Part shown: positions 35,764 to 45,647 of the stretch, piece by piece | How the letters are laid out: each line of letters begins with the position of its first letter | Numbering within the stretch: position 1 is the first letter of the stretch | NCBI GenBank assembly: GCA_039028335.1 | Contig: JBCCIF010000002.1 | Span: forward strand, 12,317 to 76,316 | Length of the DNA: 64,000 nt | From: Bacteroidota bacterium | GTDB lineage: Bacteria > Bacteroidota > Bacteroidia > Flavobacteriales_D > JABDKJ01 | Reading direction: 5' to 3' | Program-made: the position numbers and the translations under genes | The notes under the pieces: model-generated | The model's database searches: none | The model's input: only the letters and a program-made list of their open reading frames with translations | What the model was told of the DNA's origin: nothing

Positions 35764-36597
35764 ATGTCCATGGGAAAAAAAATAAAGTCTATTTGGCTTA
35801 AAGAATATCCTCAAGCAGAAACTCTTAACGATGAAGTCAAAGGTTTGCTTATAGCTGCTTTTATCGTGAGCTTTATTCTCTTCGTTTTTCGCCCTTTTGG
35901 ACTGCACAATTATAAAGGATCCATGCTCTGGATTGCTCTTTGTTTTGGTGGAATTACTTTTGCCGTAGGCCTCATTCTCAACCTCATATTCATTGCTTAT
36001 TATAAGTTTCTCGGAAAACGCAGAACCTATCGTTTTGGAAATTGGATAGTCGAATCCATAATTCTGATCATAGCTATAGCCTTGGCCAATCTACTATTTA
36101 TGCGCTGGGGTTTAGACCAGAGATGGTCATTAGAAGCTTATTTCATGATGTTATTGAATACGTTCCTTATCGGCATTTTTCCATTGGCCTTCTTTGGATT
36201 AATTAATCAAAATAAAAGCCAAAAGAAAAATGAAAATTCGGCTAAAGACCTAAACACCGGAATAGCTTCAATAGATATAAATAAGCCATCCATTTCATCA
36301 ATATTTGCCATTGAATCTATGCAAAACTATATTCATATATACCGAAAAACTCATGGCGGATTCGAAAAAGAAATTGAAAGGAGCACCCTATCGTCTGCAT
36401 TAGAAAAATATTCAACAGAGGGGTTGATTAGATGTCATCGTTCGTTTTTGGTTAATCCGAATATGATCAAATCTGTCAGCGGAAACGCGCAAGGCTTAAA
36501 GCTTACACTCGTGCATGAAGAATGTCCGATCATTCCTGTTTCGCGATCATATATCTCTAAAGTGAAAGAAAATGTAATGCATGTTCCAGCTGCTTAA
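35764..36597 (+). CDS. membrane-anchored LytTR family DNA-binding protein
   Basis: 277 aa with four N-terminal TM helices and a C-terminal LytTR domain (IFAIESMQNYIHIY...LIRCHRSFLVNPNMIKSV). Confidence 0.8.
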   Translation: MSMGKKIKSIWLKEYPQAETLNDEVKGLLIAAFIVSFILFVFRPFGLHNYKGSMLWIALCFGGITFAVGLILNLIFIAYYKFLGKRRTYRFGNWIVESIILIIAIALANLLFMRWGLDQRWSLEAYFMMLLNTFLIGIFPLAFFGLINQNKSQKKNENSAKDLNTGIASIDINKPSISSIFAIESMQNYIHIYRKTHGGFEKEIERSTLSSALEKYSTEGLIRCHRSFLVNPNMIKSVSGNAQGLKLTLVHEECPIIPVSRSYISKVKENVMHVPAA

Positions 36598-36733
36598 TGT
36601 GGTAGTGTTATTTATCCCAGTATCTTGACATTCGTCCCTCACCCTTGATAGTCATCACAAAGCCATGTTATTGAACACATTTCTTTTTATTGGATACTTT
36701 TCCATCGTAAACTTGCTCATCAAATCTTGAGAC

Positions 36734-37411
36734 ATGGAATGGATTATAAAAATTTTATTGGGGATACACATCACAGCAGGGTTCACAAGCATTGTCATTT
36801 TCTGGATACCCATGTTGAGTAGAAAAGGAGGCAAACTTCACATCAAATCAGGAAAATTATACGTCTGGGCAATGTGGGTGGTAGTTTGCTCAGCAGCTCT
36901 TCTTTCCATCAAAAATATCATTATTGGCAATTACAATAGTGCCATTTTCTTAGGGTTCTTAACCATCATTACCAGCGGTCCGCTTTGGTATGCCATTGCC
37001 ATATTGAATCAAAAAAAAGGGCGCACGCCAGAATATAAACAGAAACTCTTTTACTTTAATTTAAGTGTTGTTCTCTGCGCTATTGCAATGATATCATATG
37101 GATTCGTGATTGAATCTGGCATTAAAATACTGATGTTCATTTTCGGAGGTCTGGGCTTAACTTCCATTCCTGATGTTTTGCGCCATCTTAGAGGAAAAGA
37201 AAAGAAGTTAACTTGGATACAGGAACACTTAATTGGAATGATATCAACCGGAATTGCGGCTTACACCGCATTCTTGGTTTTTGGGGGGCAACAATTTTTT
37301 GGACAATTTTTCAGAGGTAATTCGGTGATCATTCTCTGGACAGCTCCAGGTGTCCTTGGAACAATTGCCAATTTTTATTTTTCTAGAAAATATGCAGCGA
37401 AGAAGAAATAA
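36734..37411 (+). CDS. hypothetical multi-pass membrane protein
   Basis: 225 aa with ~6 hydrophobic segments. No family recognised. Confidence 0.6.
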   Translation: MEWIIKILLGIHITAGFTSIVIFWIPMLSRKGGKLHIKSGKLYVWAMWVVVCSAALLSIKNIIIGNYNSAIFLGFLTIITSGPLWYAIAILNQKKGRTPEYKQKLFYFNLSVVLCAIAMISYGFVIESGIKILMFIFGGLGLTSIPDVLRHLRGKEKKLTWIQEHLIGMISTGIAAYTAFLVFGGQQFFGQFFRGNSVIILWTAPGVLGTIANFYFSRKYAAKKK

Positions 37412-37564
37412 GGATTTGAAGGTTTTTCTTCTATAGAATTTCTTTATCTGTTGCTGCAATGATCTTTGCGCATATCATCGCTCAAAGTAAATTTTTATTA
37501 GGCAATTGCATTATCCTTTTGCAATCCAAACTTTTAGTCTTTATTTCGCGTTCCACTAATTGAG

Positions 37565-38143
37565 ATGCACACAATAGAGCCCTTTTACAATTGGAGAAAC
37601 TATTACACAAGCGATGAAGATGAGCGTTCGCCATTTTTCGATCGTGAATACAGTGAGTTCGAATATTCTCAAAAAATTTACAACTATTATATTCATCCCC
37701 AATGGGATCATATGGGATCTCCTACATTATTCATCAAGATCATATTTACAGATTACGAACAAGGATGTTGCATCATAGAATTGATTGGCGAGTGGAATGA
37801 CGCCATCAATAACGACATTATGTTTCTGAAGAGAAATATTGCAGAACACTTGGCTTTAGAAGGAATCAATAAGTATATTTTGATTGGAGAAAACGTGCTC
37901 AACTTTCACGGTTCTGACGATTGTTATTACGAAGAATGGTTTGAAGAGGTATTTGAAGAAGAAGGATGGATAGCCTTGTTAAATTTTAGAGAGCATGTGT
38001 TGCATGAGTTTATTCAAGCCAATATTGACAACTATTTTCTTCAAGGTGGAGACCTCGCCGAATTAGAATGGCGCACATTTACACCCCAGAGTCTTTTTAC
38101 TAAAATTGATGCCTATGCTCAAAAAAGACTAGGTATCTTTTGA
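37565..38143 (+). CDS. hypothetical protein
   Basis: 192-aa ORF with no competing ORF, acidic and Trp/Tyr-rich. Confidence 0.6.
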   Translation: MHTIEPFYNWRNYYTSDEDERSPFFDREYSEFEYSQKIYNYYIHPQWDHMGSPTLFIKIIFTDYEQGCCIIELIGEWNDAINNDIMFLKRNIAEHLALEGINKYILIGENVLNFHGSDDCYYEEWFEEVFEEEGWIALLNFREHVLHEFIQANIDNYFLQGGDLAELEWRTFTPQSLFTKIDAYAQKRLGIF

Positions 38144-38178
38144 TTGCTTTCTTCTTATATTTGGTGTATTAAAGCACC

Positions 38179-39042
38179 ATGAAAAAATATATTCTATTTC
38201 TTTTTATCGCCTTGTTCAGCTTCTCATCTTTTGCCCAGGAGGAACCTGAATATGAGGTATTTGATGTAATTTATCGTAAAGAAGGAGGTGCCATAAAAGG
38301 AGAAATTTTATCCTTTGACGAGGCTTCTGGGACCATTGTATTTAAAGATCGCAATGGAAACAAATACACATTTGGACGAGAAGACTATACCCACTTTCGA
38401 GAAAACGAGCGCTTTGAGGTGAGGAAGAAAAAGGAAAGGGTATTAAAAGAAAGAAAGAATAATGAACTCGCATTTGAGGCCGGATTCTATTATAACTACC
38501 TAACGCTTGATCTTAATTTTACAGAAGATGATTATCTCATAAACGGAGATAATAATTATTGGGAAGCTCCCCTTTTCTTAAAGCTAGCTGGTGGAAAATT
38601 TCTAGATGAAAAGAACTTTATCGGTGGAACTTTTGAATATGCCATTTCTCTTGATGGCGATGATTTTTATAGCCTCGGTGCACGCTACAAACATTATTAC
38701 GATGCGGGTAATAATAATCTCGGTCTTTATATTCCCGTAGAATTGAAATATTCCGCATTCTCCGGACCAACGAATTTGGCTGTCAACGATACACTTTTTG
38801 AGCCGGATGGTTCATACAGCTGGCCATTAGACCTCACAGCGAAAGCGGAATTCGCAGCGCTCAATCTAACTCTTGGCCATGGATTTTCAGTTATACTCGA
38901 CAATAAAAAGTACCTGAACCTTGAACTCTATGTGAACACACTCTTTGCGCTCAAAGAAGAGTACGATGTAGATTTTGATCTACTATTGGATGACGACTTC
39001 AGCGCCCTTGGTTACGGAGCCGCCCTTACATTCGGATTTTAA
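38179..39042 (+). CDS. hypothetical secreted protein, small N-terminal beta module plus beta-barrel-like C-terminus ending in Phe
   Basis: Signal peptide MKKYILFLFIALFSFSSFA|QE and a C-terminal ...GYGAALTFGF (OMP-like terminal aromatic). Confidence 0.55.
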   Translation: MKKYILFLFIALFSFSSFAQEEPEYEVFDVIYRKEGGAIKGEILSFDEASGTIVFKDRNGNKYTFGREDYTHFRENERFEVRKKKERVLKERKNNELAFEAGFYYNYLTLDLNFTEDDYLINGDNNYWEAPLFLKLAGGKFLDEKNFIGGTFEYAISLDGDDFYSLGARYKHYYDAGNNNLGLYIPVELKYSAFSGPTNLAVNDTLFEPDGSYSWPLDLTAKAEFAALNLTLGHGFSVILDNKKYLNLELYVNTLFALKEEYDVDFDLLLDDDFSALGYGAALTFGF

Positions 39043-39092
39043 GACTTTTTTTCTATCACTGACATTGGCTTTCAATAGGTAATCCAATATTC

Positions 39093-39944
39093 ATGTATAA
39101 ATTAACTCGAATCCTAGTACTGCATTTTCTCATTCTTATCATTCCTATTCTTGGAATTAGTCAAGATACTGCGGAGAAGAATAATGGCGAAAAAGTAATC
39201 ATCGAAATGTCAGATGGCTCAAAGTATATTGGATATGTACAAAGTGTGAATGACAACCATTATGTTCTTAAGACTAAAAATGGTGATTTGAAAATTAGAC
39301 GTGAATTCATTCGTTCTATTCATACAATTAATTATGATGGAAAATACATTTATGCAAATCAACACTACACGAGCTATTTCTTTTCACCTTCCTCAATTCC
39401 TTTAGAAAAAAAGAAGAGTTATTATCAAAATATTCTGGTCACACTAAATTCAGTCAACTACGGTTTGAGTAAAAAATTTTCAATTGGGGGAGGACTAGAT
39501 GTGTTGGCAACAATAGCCGCACGGCCAACCTGGTTTATCAATCCAAAAGTTGGGTTTGAAGTAGGTGATCAACTCTATACAGGTGCCTCAATAATAGTAG
39601 CAGGAGCTGATCAAAATATAGTAGGCATAAGTTTTGCATCTGCTACTTATGGATCAAAAGAATCGAATTTAAGCCTTGGTTTAGGTTATGGCTTTTCCGA
39701 TGGTGAGTTAAGTAATTCTCCTTTATTTGTTGCGTCTGGAACTCACAGAATAAGCAACTCTATTGCTCTAATGAGCGAAAATTATTTTTTCATTAATGGT
39801 TTCGAAGGGAACAATTATTTCGGGGTTCATGGAATACGAACAATTTCAAGAAATCACAATTTTGATTTTGGCTTGATTATAATTCCCTCTATTAGTTTTT
39901 TGATTCCTGCAATTCCAATGGTGGGATACGTTCGTTCATTTTGA
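39093..39944 (+). CDS. hypothetical secreted protein with the same module architecture as 38179-39042
   Basis: Signal-like N-terminus. The module SDGSKYIGYVQSVNDNHYVLKTKNGDLKIRREFIRSIH parallels GAIKGEILSFDEASGTIVFKDRNGNKYTFGREDY in the upstream gene. The protein ends ...GYVRSF. Confidence 0.55.
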   Translation: MYKLTRILVLHFLILIIPILGISQDTAEKNNGEKVIIEMSDGSKYIGYVQSVNDNHYVLKTKNGDLKIRREFIRSIHTINYDGKYIYANQHYTSYFFSPSSIPLEKKKSYYQNILVTLNSVNYGLSKKFSIGGGLDVLATIAARPTWFINPKVGFEVGDQLYTGASIIVAGADQNIVGISFASATYGSKESNLSLGLGYGFSDGELSNSPLFVASGTHRISNSIALMSENYFFINGFEGNNYFGVHGIRTISRNHNFDFGLIIIPSISFLIPAIPMVGYVRSF

Positions 39945-39955
39945 TAAAAGCAATC

Positions 39956-41866
39956 CTATACACTGTGAATCGATTTCGCTCCATTGATCAATTCTTCAAC
40001 AACTTCAGGATTCAACAATGTCGAAACATCACCTAAAGATTCTGCATCGTCCGAAGCAATTTTCCTAAGTATCCTTCGCATGATTTTCCCTGACCGGGTC
40101 TTTGGCAATCCTTCGGTAAATTGGATTGAGTCTGGTTTAGCTATTGGACCTATTTCTTTCGAAACAACATTCAATATTTCCTTTTTGAAATCATCATTCA
40201 GTTCTTTGCCTTGACTTATCACATAGGCATAAATTCCTTGACCTTTAATATCATGAGGAAACCCTACGACAGCTGATTCGATTACATTGGGGTGTTCATT
40301 GATGGCATTCTCCACTTCTGCTGTTCCCATTCTGTGCCCAGAAACATTGATTACATCATCTACCCTTCCGATAACGCGTATACGACCTTCTGCATCTCTT
40401 CGAGCTCCATCTCCAGTAAAGTACATATTCTCAAAGGCCGAAAAATAAACTTGCCGACATCGCTCATGATCTCCATAAGTTGTGCGTATCATAGATGGCC
40501 AAGGATGTTTGATACACAATAATCCCTCAACCTCATTTCCTTTGACCTCATTTCCCTCAGCATCAACCAAAATGGGCTGAATACCGGGTAATGGGTATGA
40601 AGCATAAGTAGGTTTGGTATCCGTTATACCCGGGAGTGGTGTAATCATTATCCCTCCTGTCTCAGTTTGCCACCAGGTATCCACAATTGGAGCTTTCCCT
40701 TTACCGATGTGTTTGTCATACCAATGCCATGCTTCTTCATTAATTGGTTCTCCAACCGAACCCAGAACTTTCAATGATGACAAATCATAGCTCGATGGCC
40801 ACTCATCACCCTTTGCCATAAGAGCTCTTATAGCAGTTGGTGCAGTGTAGAATTGATTAACCTTATGCTTCTCACATATCTGCCAAAATCGTCCTGGATT
40901 GGGATAAGTTGGAACCCCTTCAAACATCATGCTTGTAGCACCGGCCAACAAAGGGCCATAAATTATATAAGAATGCCCTGTAATCCAACCAATATCTGCA
41001 GTACACCAATAGACATCACCATCTTTGTATTGAAATACATTTTTAAAACTGAAACAGGTATAGACCATATAACCTCCTACACTATGCACAACACCTTTTG
41101 GTTTACCGGTTGAACCCGAAGTATATAAAATGAACAATAGATCTTCGCTATCCATTTCTTCAGGAGGGCACTGTTCGGATTGCCCAGCAATCATATCATG
41201 CCACCAGACATCAGTATCATCGGACCAATTGATAGCATCCCCTGTATTTCTTTGAACAACAACTTTTTCCACACTATTGCATCCTTTGTCCATGGCATCA
41301 TCCACTACAGATTTAACAGGAATATTTTTAGTTCCCCGTCTATTGAAATCAGAACAAATAATAAGTTTCGCAGAGGCATCATCTACTCTATCGGCCAATG
41401 CTTGTGCCGAAAATCCTGCAAATACAACGGAATGTACTGCACCTATTCTCGCACAGGCCAGAACCCCAATCGCCAATTCCAATACCATGGGCATATAGAA
41501 CACTACGCGATCTCCTTTCTCTATGCCTATGGCCTTTAGTCCATTTGCACACTTGCAAACTTCTGCATGCAAGTCTTTGTAGCTAACGTGCTTTGAAGGA
41601 GTATCAGGATCATTGGCCTCCCAAATGATGGCCGTTTGATCGCCACGTTCAGACAAATGTCGATCCAAACAGTTATAGGTAATATTCGTCTTTCCTTCCA
41701 AAAACCATTTGACATCAGGGTCCTTGAAATTCCATTCACATACCTGTTTAAAGGGTTTAAACCAATGAAAAGTGTCAGCTTCTTTTTTCCAGAAATCAAA
41801 GGGGTTGCTCGTGGCTTCATCATAAAGCTCCTTATACTCCTTCAGGCTTGAGATTTGTGTTGTCAT
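39956..41866 (-). CDS. acs: acetyl-CoA synthetase (acetate--CoA ligase)
   Basis: 636 aa with the AMP-binding motif YTSGSTGKPKGV, plus WWQTETGG and KTRSGKIMRRILRKIA. Confidence 0.95.
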   Translation of the reverse strand: MTTQISSLKEYKELYDEATSNPFDFWKKEADTFHWFKPFKQVCEWNFKDPDVKWFLEGKTNITYNCLDRHLSERGDQTAIIWEANDPDTPSKHVSYKDLHAEVCKCANGLKAIGIEKGDRVVFYMPMVLELAIGVLACARIGAVHSVVFAGFSAQALADRVDDASAKLIICSDFNRRGTKNIPVKSVVDDAMDKGCNSVEKVVVQRNTGDAINWSDDTDVWWHDMIAGQSEQCPPEEMDSEDLLFILYTSGSTGKPKGVVHSVGGYMVYTCFSFKNVFQYKDGDVYWCTADIGWITGHSYIIYGPLLAGATSMMFEGVPTYPNPGRFWQICEKHKVNQFYTAPTAIRALMAKGDEWPSSYDLSSLKVLGSVGEPINEEAWHWYDKHIGKGKAPIVDTWWQTETGGIMITPLPGITDTKPTYASYPLPGIQPILVDAEGNEVKGNEVEGLLCIKHPWPSMIRTTYGDHERCRQVYFSAFENMYFTGDGARRDAEGRIRVIGRVDDVINVSGHRMGTAEVENAINEHPNVIESAVVGFPHDIKGQGIYAYVISQGKELNDDFKKEILNVVSKEIGPIAKPDSIQFTEGLPKTRSGKIMRRILRKIASDDAESLGDVSTLLNPEVVEELINGAKSIHSV

Positions 41867-41973
41867 TATTGTTTAAATAAAAGAATTCGCTCAGCATTTA
41901 CATCATATTGTTGGCGAATTACAATTCACATTCAAAATTTGGTCTTCTAAATTAAAATTAAAACCTTTCATAA

Positions 41974-42600
41974 ATGATTCCTTCATTCATCCATCTCAAT
42001 AAGCATCAATTTAAACTACGCTCATTTCTAATTCTTATTTTTTGTGTTGCCATCTACCCGATTGATTCGCAAATTATAGAAGGACAGAATTTCTGTGATG
42101 GAAATAAAAAAGGGGCATATTTCCCGCTGAATATCAAAGAGAAGTTCATTATTTGGGGAGACACTTATTATGTTGAAACACATATGGGGAGTGAATCAAT
42201 GAATGGAAAAAACTATGAAATTTTCAAGCAAGAATGGGAAAGTGGAGATATTGGAATATTGCATTTAAGAAACAAAAATGGCATTACGTATCAATTCGAG
42301 GATTGCACCAATATGGAGAGCATACGGTTAAATACAAAATTCAAAAAAAGTCATTCTTGGGAGAGGAAATGCGAGAATTGGAAATACCGCATTGTCTCTA
42401 AAAAAGGAAAGCTAAAAACACCCCTTTGCAAATACAATAAACTTATCGTTATTGAAGCACTGATAGAAGGAACCCGATTTCACTATTATTATCTAAAGGG
42501 ATTGGGCTATATCGGAGCTACAGTCAATGGAGAACTGATTTCTTTTTTGGCCCCTATTCATCCGAGTAAGCTGAAAAAAGAACGATATAAAAGAAGTTAA
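41974..42600 (+). CDS. hypothetical protein with N-terminal signal/anchor
   Basis: 208-aa ORF with a hydrophobic N-terminal segment FLILIFCVAIYPI. Confidence 0.5.
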   Translation: MIPSFIHLNKHQFKLRSFLILIFCVAIYPIDSQIIEGQNFCDGNKKGAYFPLNIKEKFIIWGDTYYVETHMGSESMNGKNYEIFKQEWESGDIGILHLRNKNGITYQFEDCTNMESIRLNTKFKKSHSWERKCENWKYRIVSKKGKLKTPLCKYNKLIVIEALIEGTRFHYYYLKGLGYIGATVNGELISFLAPIHPSKLKKERYKRS

Positions 42601-42604
42601 GATT

Positions 42605-42910
42605 ATGTATAAAGATATCATCACTTATGAGCTGGCAGAAGGAATTGATGAAGACCACGTGAAAAAAGTGGGTACCCGAATACTTGAAGAATGGATGCAA
42701 AAGCTACCTGGTTTTATTTCTTGGGAATTGAATCGTTCATCAGAAGGGAAATATGTTGACATTGTCACCTGGGAATCGAAAGAGGCAGCATTGAATGCTC
42801 AAAAAGAAATGACGAATATCCCAAATATGGGAGAGTGGTACTCTTGTTATGATAAAGAAAGTATTTCTTCAATTAATATAGAACTAATAACACTTTTCAA
42901 AATCGATTGA
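42605..42910 (+). CDS. small ABM-like (dimeric alpha/beta-barrel) protein, hypothetical
   Basis: 101 aa. The pattern ...PGFISWELNRSSEGKYVDIVTWESKEAALNAQ resembles antibiotic-biosynthesis-monooxygenase-fold proteins. Tentative. Confidence 0.45.
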   Translation: MYKDIITYELAEGIDEDHVKKVGTRILEEWMQKLPGFISWELNRSSEGKYVDIVTWESKEAALNAQKEMTNIPNMGEWYSCYDKESISSINIELITLFKID

Positions 42911-42948
42911 CTTAAGTACATATTTGAAAAATTTAATTGCTTCCTTCA

Positions 42949-44520
42949 ATGATAAAAAAGACATCTTACATCACCTTTGCAAGTACTTTTATTATTTCTC
43001 TATTTATCTTGGGAAATAACTTAAGCGGTCAAACCTCTGAATTCACCTTTTTCTCAAAATCTGAAGAGGAATTTTTTGAAAACAAAAAGGAAAATTTGTT
43101 TGATTATTACTACACTATTGGTAATGAAAAGACCACCAAATCTCAGCTTTCGAAGTTCAAGTCCGACTTCGAATCTTTTACTCGAGAATTGAATGGTAAG
43201 ATTCATAAACTAAAACACAAGAAAAAAATTCAAATCTTATACAAGGAAATACACGATAAGTATTTCCAGCTGTATTCAGAAGACGTTTTGTTTTACGATA
43301 TTTTTCTTCAAAAAAAATACAATTGTCTGACAGCCACTGCTTTGTATTCGCTTGCATGTCAAATAATGGATATTCCATTTGAGATTAGGCAAGAACCTAC
43401 ACATGTTTATTTGATCGCCTACCCAGAAAGTGATCGGATAATTATGGAGACTACCTTACCTTCTCAAGGATTATACTTGATCAAAGATAAGCATCTCGAG
43501 ATGTATAAACGAATGATGGTCGAAAACAAGTATATAACTCATGAAGAAGCATCTAGTCCCGATTTCTATGAAAGGTATTTCTTGAATGACAAATCAGCCT
43601 CAACAATTGATCTGATCGGTTTTCTTTATCACAATAGTTCTATTCTCTTTACTGAATCTGAAGACTTTGAAAGAGCTTTTCACCAAGCTGAGAAGGCCAA
43701 TTCCATATTAGATACTGAATTATCAATGATTCATATGACTAGTTTGCTATCACGAATAATTGTTCTTGAAAAAGATAATCTCAGCATTCAGAAATTCTGC
43801 CACTTCATTTCAAAGTTGGAAAATCTCACAGGTCCAGGTGAAGCATTAATTGATGAATTACCTACCTGGTATAGTATAAAAGCTGATAAATTGATACGCG
43901 AGAACAAGGACTTCAATCTATTTCAATCGTTCAGTAATTGTGTGCTTGAAAAAGTTGAAAAAGAAGAATTGAAATTCAAGATTCAAGAAGAATATGACAT
44001 CATTTTAGGATTTCATCACTATCAAAACGAAAATTTTGAGAAAGCGTTTCATTTGACTGCAAAGTATCATGAATCCGAATCCTTTGCGGAGAGAAAATTA
44101 GAATTTGCCCAATCTTGTTTTATGAATTTTGTTAGCAATATTACATACACTGATCAAAGTCTAGACACCATTGCTAAGTATGAAAATATATACCCATTTC
44201 TCAAGAACATCCCTTCTTTAAATAGCTACAAAACGTGGGCGCTTATGAAACTCGCAGCAGATGCTTTTGACGAAAATCATGGAACAAAAGGATCAAATTG
44301 GATCTCGTCTTTTGAACAGAGTTTTGACCCTGATGAAAATTTGCACGAAAAAAAATACATTTCGTGGGGTTATTCTGCAGCCGCTTTTTATGCCCTTAGA
44401 AAAGGAAAATTGATTGAAGCCAGAAATAGGCTTAACAAAGGATTGAAATATGACCCCTATAACTCGATCCTTACCAAGCAATTAAATGAATTATATCGAA
44501 TATATCCTCATTTAAAATAA
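42949..44520 (+). CDS. hypothetical protein with possible transglutaminase-like core and helical-repeat C-terminus
   Basis: ATG 42949 is preferred over TTG 42937. YNCLTATALYSLACQIMDIPFEIRQEPTHVYLIAY suggests a Cys...His papain-like core. Tentative. Confidence 0.45.
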   Translation: MIKKTSYITFASTFIISLFILGNNLSGQTSEFTFFSKSEEEFFENKKENLFDYYYTIGNEKTTKSQLSKFKSDFESFTRELNGKIHKLKHKKKIQILYKEIHDKYFQLYSEDVLFYDIFLQKKYNCLTATALYSLACQIMDIPFEIRQEPTHVYLIAYPESDRIIMETTLPSQGLYLIKDKHLEMYKRMMVENKYITHEEASSPDFYERYFLNDKSASTIDLIGFLYHNSSILFTESEDFERAFHQAEKANSILDTELSMIHMTSLLSRIIVLEKDNLSIQKFCHFISKLENLTGPGEALIDELPTWYSIKADKLIRENKDFNLFQSFSNCVLEKVEKEELKFKIQEEYDIILGFHHYQNENFEKAFHLTAKYHESESFAERKLEFAQSCFMNFVSNITYTDQSLDTIAKYENIYPFLKNIPSLNSYKTWALMKLAADAFDENHGTKGSNWISSFEQSFDPDENLHEKKYISWGYSAAAFYALRKGKLIEARNRLNKGLKYDPYNSILTKQLNELYRIYPHLK

Positions 44521-44906
44521 GAACCAATTCTGCGTACAACTTCTTGATCTATTGGAAAAGTAACATCTTCCACTTCCAAATCCGAGAGTGCCCTCCAAAA
44601 GAAGCTTTCATTCGGAAGTACCGTTCCAAATCCTTTTATCTCGAAATAAATACTGATGACCTGACTATCATCAAAAACCGAAGGAACATAGAATTCGGTT
44701 GTATAGAAATGCCCCAGGTCTTCGATTTCCCAATCTAACTCCTCTTTGAATTCTCGTTTTAAGCATTCTATAGGCCCCTCTCCCATTTCTAGTCCTCCCC
44801 CAGGAAATTTTGTGAACTTAACTCCTTGGTATTCTTCGTTCACCAAAAGAATTTCGCGCTTTTCATTCACACAAATCCCATAAACGCGAACATTAAAATT
44901 CTTCAT
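44508..44906 (-). CDS. NUDIX hydrolase
   Basis: 132 aa with the Nudix box GGGLEMGEGPIECLKREFKEELD. Confidence 0.85.
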   Translation of the reverse strand: MKNFNVRVYGICVNEKREILLVNEEYQGVKFTKFPGGGLEMGEGPIECLKREFKEELDWEIEDLGHFYTTEFYVPSVFDDSQVISIYFEIKGFGTVLPNESFFWRALSDLEVEDVTFPIDQEVVRRIGSYFK

Positions 44907-45577
44907 ATTTTCTTCGCTCTAAGCATTTCTCTCTTTCCTGGTGGGCCAGGTAATCGCTCAACCTCAAACCCACAGTCTTGCATTGTTCTTCTCACTTCAC
45001 CCTTTGCACAATACGTCACTAAAATCCCGTCTTTTGCCATCAATTCGTGACATTTTTGGAAGATATCTTCCTTCCACATTTCAGGTTGAGGCCGAGGAGC
45101 AAAAGCATCAAAATAAATGAGATCGAAGAGTAAATCTGGCTCATATTCTTGAATGGTCTCTTGCACCTTAATTAATCGGAATCCTTTTAATATTTCAATC
45201 CAAGCATTCCAATCGGCTTGATGAATTGCCTTATAAAGTTGTTCATTTTGAATCCCAATTTGTTTAATGTAATTGAGAGAATTGAGGAGTTTATCTTGAA
45301 CAGGAAATGGTTCCAATGCCACATAGTCGAGTTTTAGCTTTCCTCTATTGAACCCTGTAAGTAGTGCATTTAACCCTGTGCCAAAACCAATTTCTAATAA
45401 GCTAATTATCCCTTTCGCATTCAGCATTGGCTTTAGGCCCATTTCAATAAAAACATGCAAAGATTCCTGAATTGAACCATGTTTGGAATGGTAATGCTCA
45501 TCTAAACTCTCATTATAGAGTGTATGTGAACCGTCTGCTGTTTCAATAATGCGAATATTTTCATACGGTTTTTGCAT
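44903..45577 (-). CDS. mnmD: tRNA (5-methylaminomethyl-2-thiouridine)(34)-methyltransferase, standalone MnmC-methyltransferase-domain type
   Basis: 224 aa with TADGSHTLYNESLDEHYHSKHGSIQES, IGFGTGLN, and YFDAFAPRPQPEMW. Confidence 0.75.
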   Translation of the reverse strand: MQKPYENIRIIETADGSHTLYNESLDEHYHSKHGSIQESLHVFIEMGLKPMLNAKGIISLLEIGFGTGLNALLTGFNRGKLKLDYVALEPFPVQDKLLNSLNYIKQIGIQNEQLYKAIHQADWNAWIEILKGFRLIKVQETIQEYEPDLLFDLIYFDAFAPRPQPEMWKEDIFQKCHELMAKDGILVTYCAKGEVRRTMQDCGFEVERLPGPPGKREMLRAKKI

Positions 45578-45647
45578 GTCTTTAAAAGTAACAGAATAAA
45601 GGGATTAACGTAATTGAATATAGGTTCAAATTGATCAAATTTGTAGT

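Noticed and set aside
36598-36733. Possible direct repeat (TCTTGACA / CCTTGATA) downstream of the LytTR regulator gene as a LytTR binding site
   Set aside because: The two copies are only loosely similar, and they do not match the spacing or consensus known for AgrA/AlgR-type LytTR sites. The evidence is insufficient.
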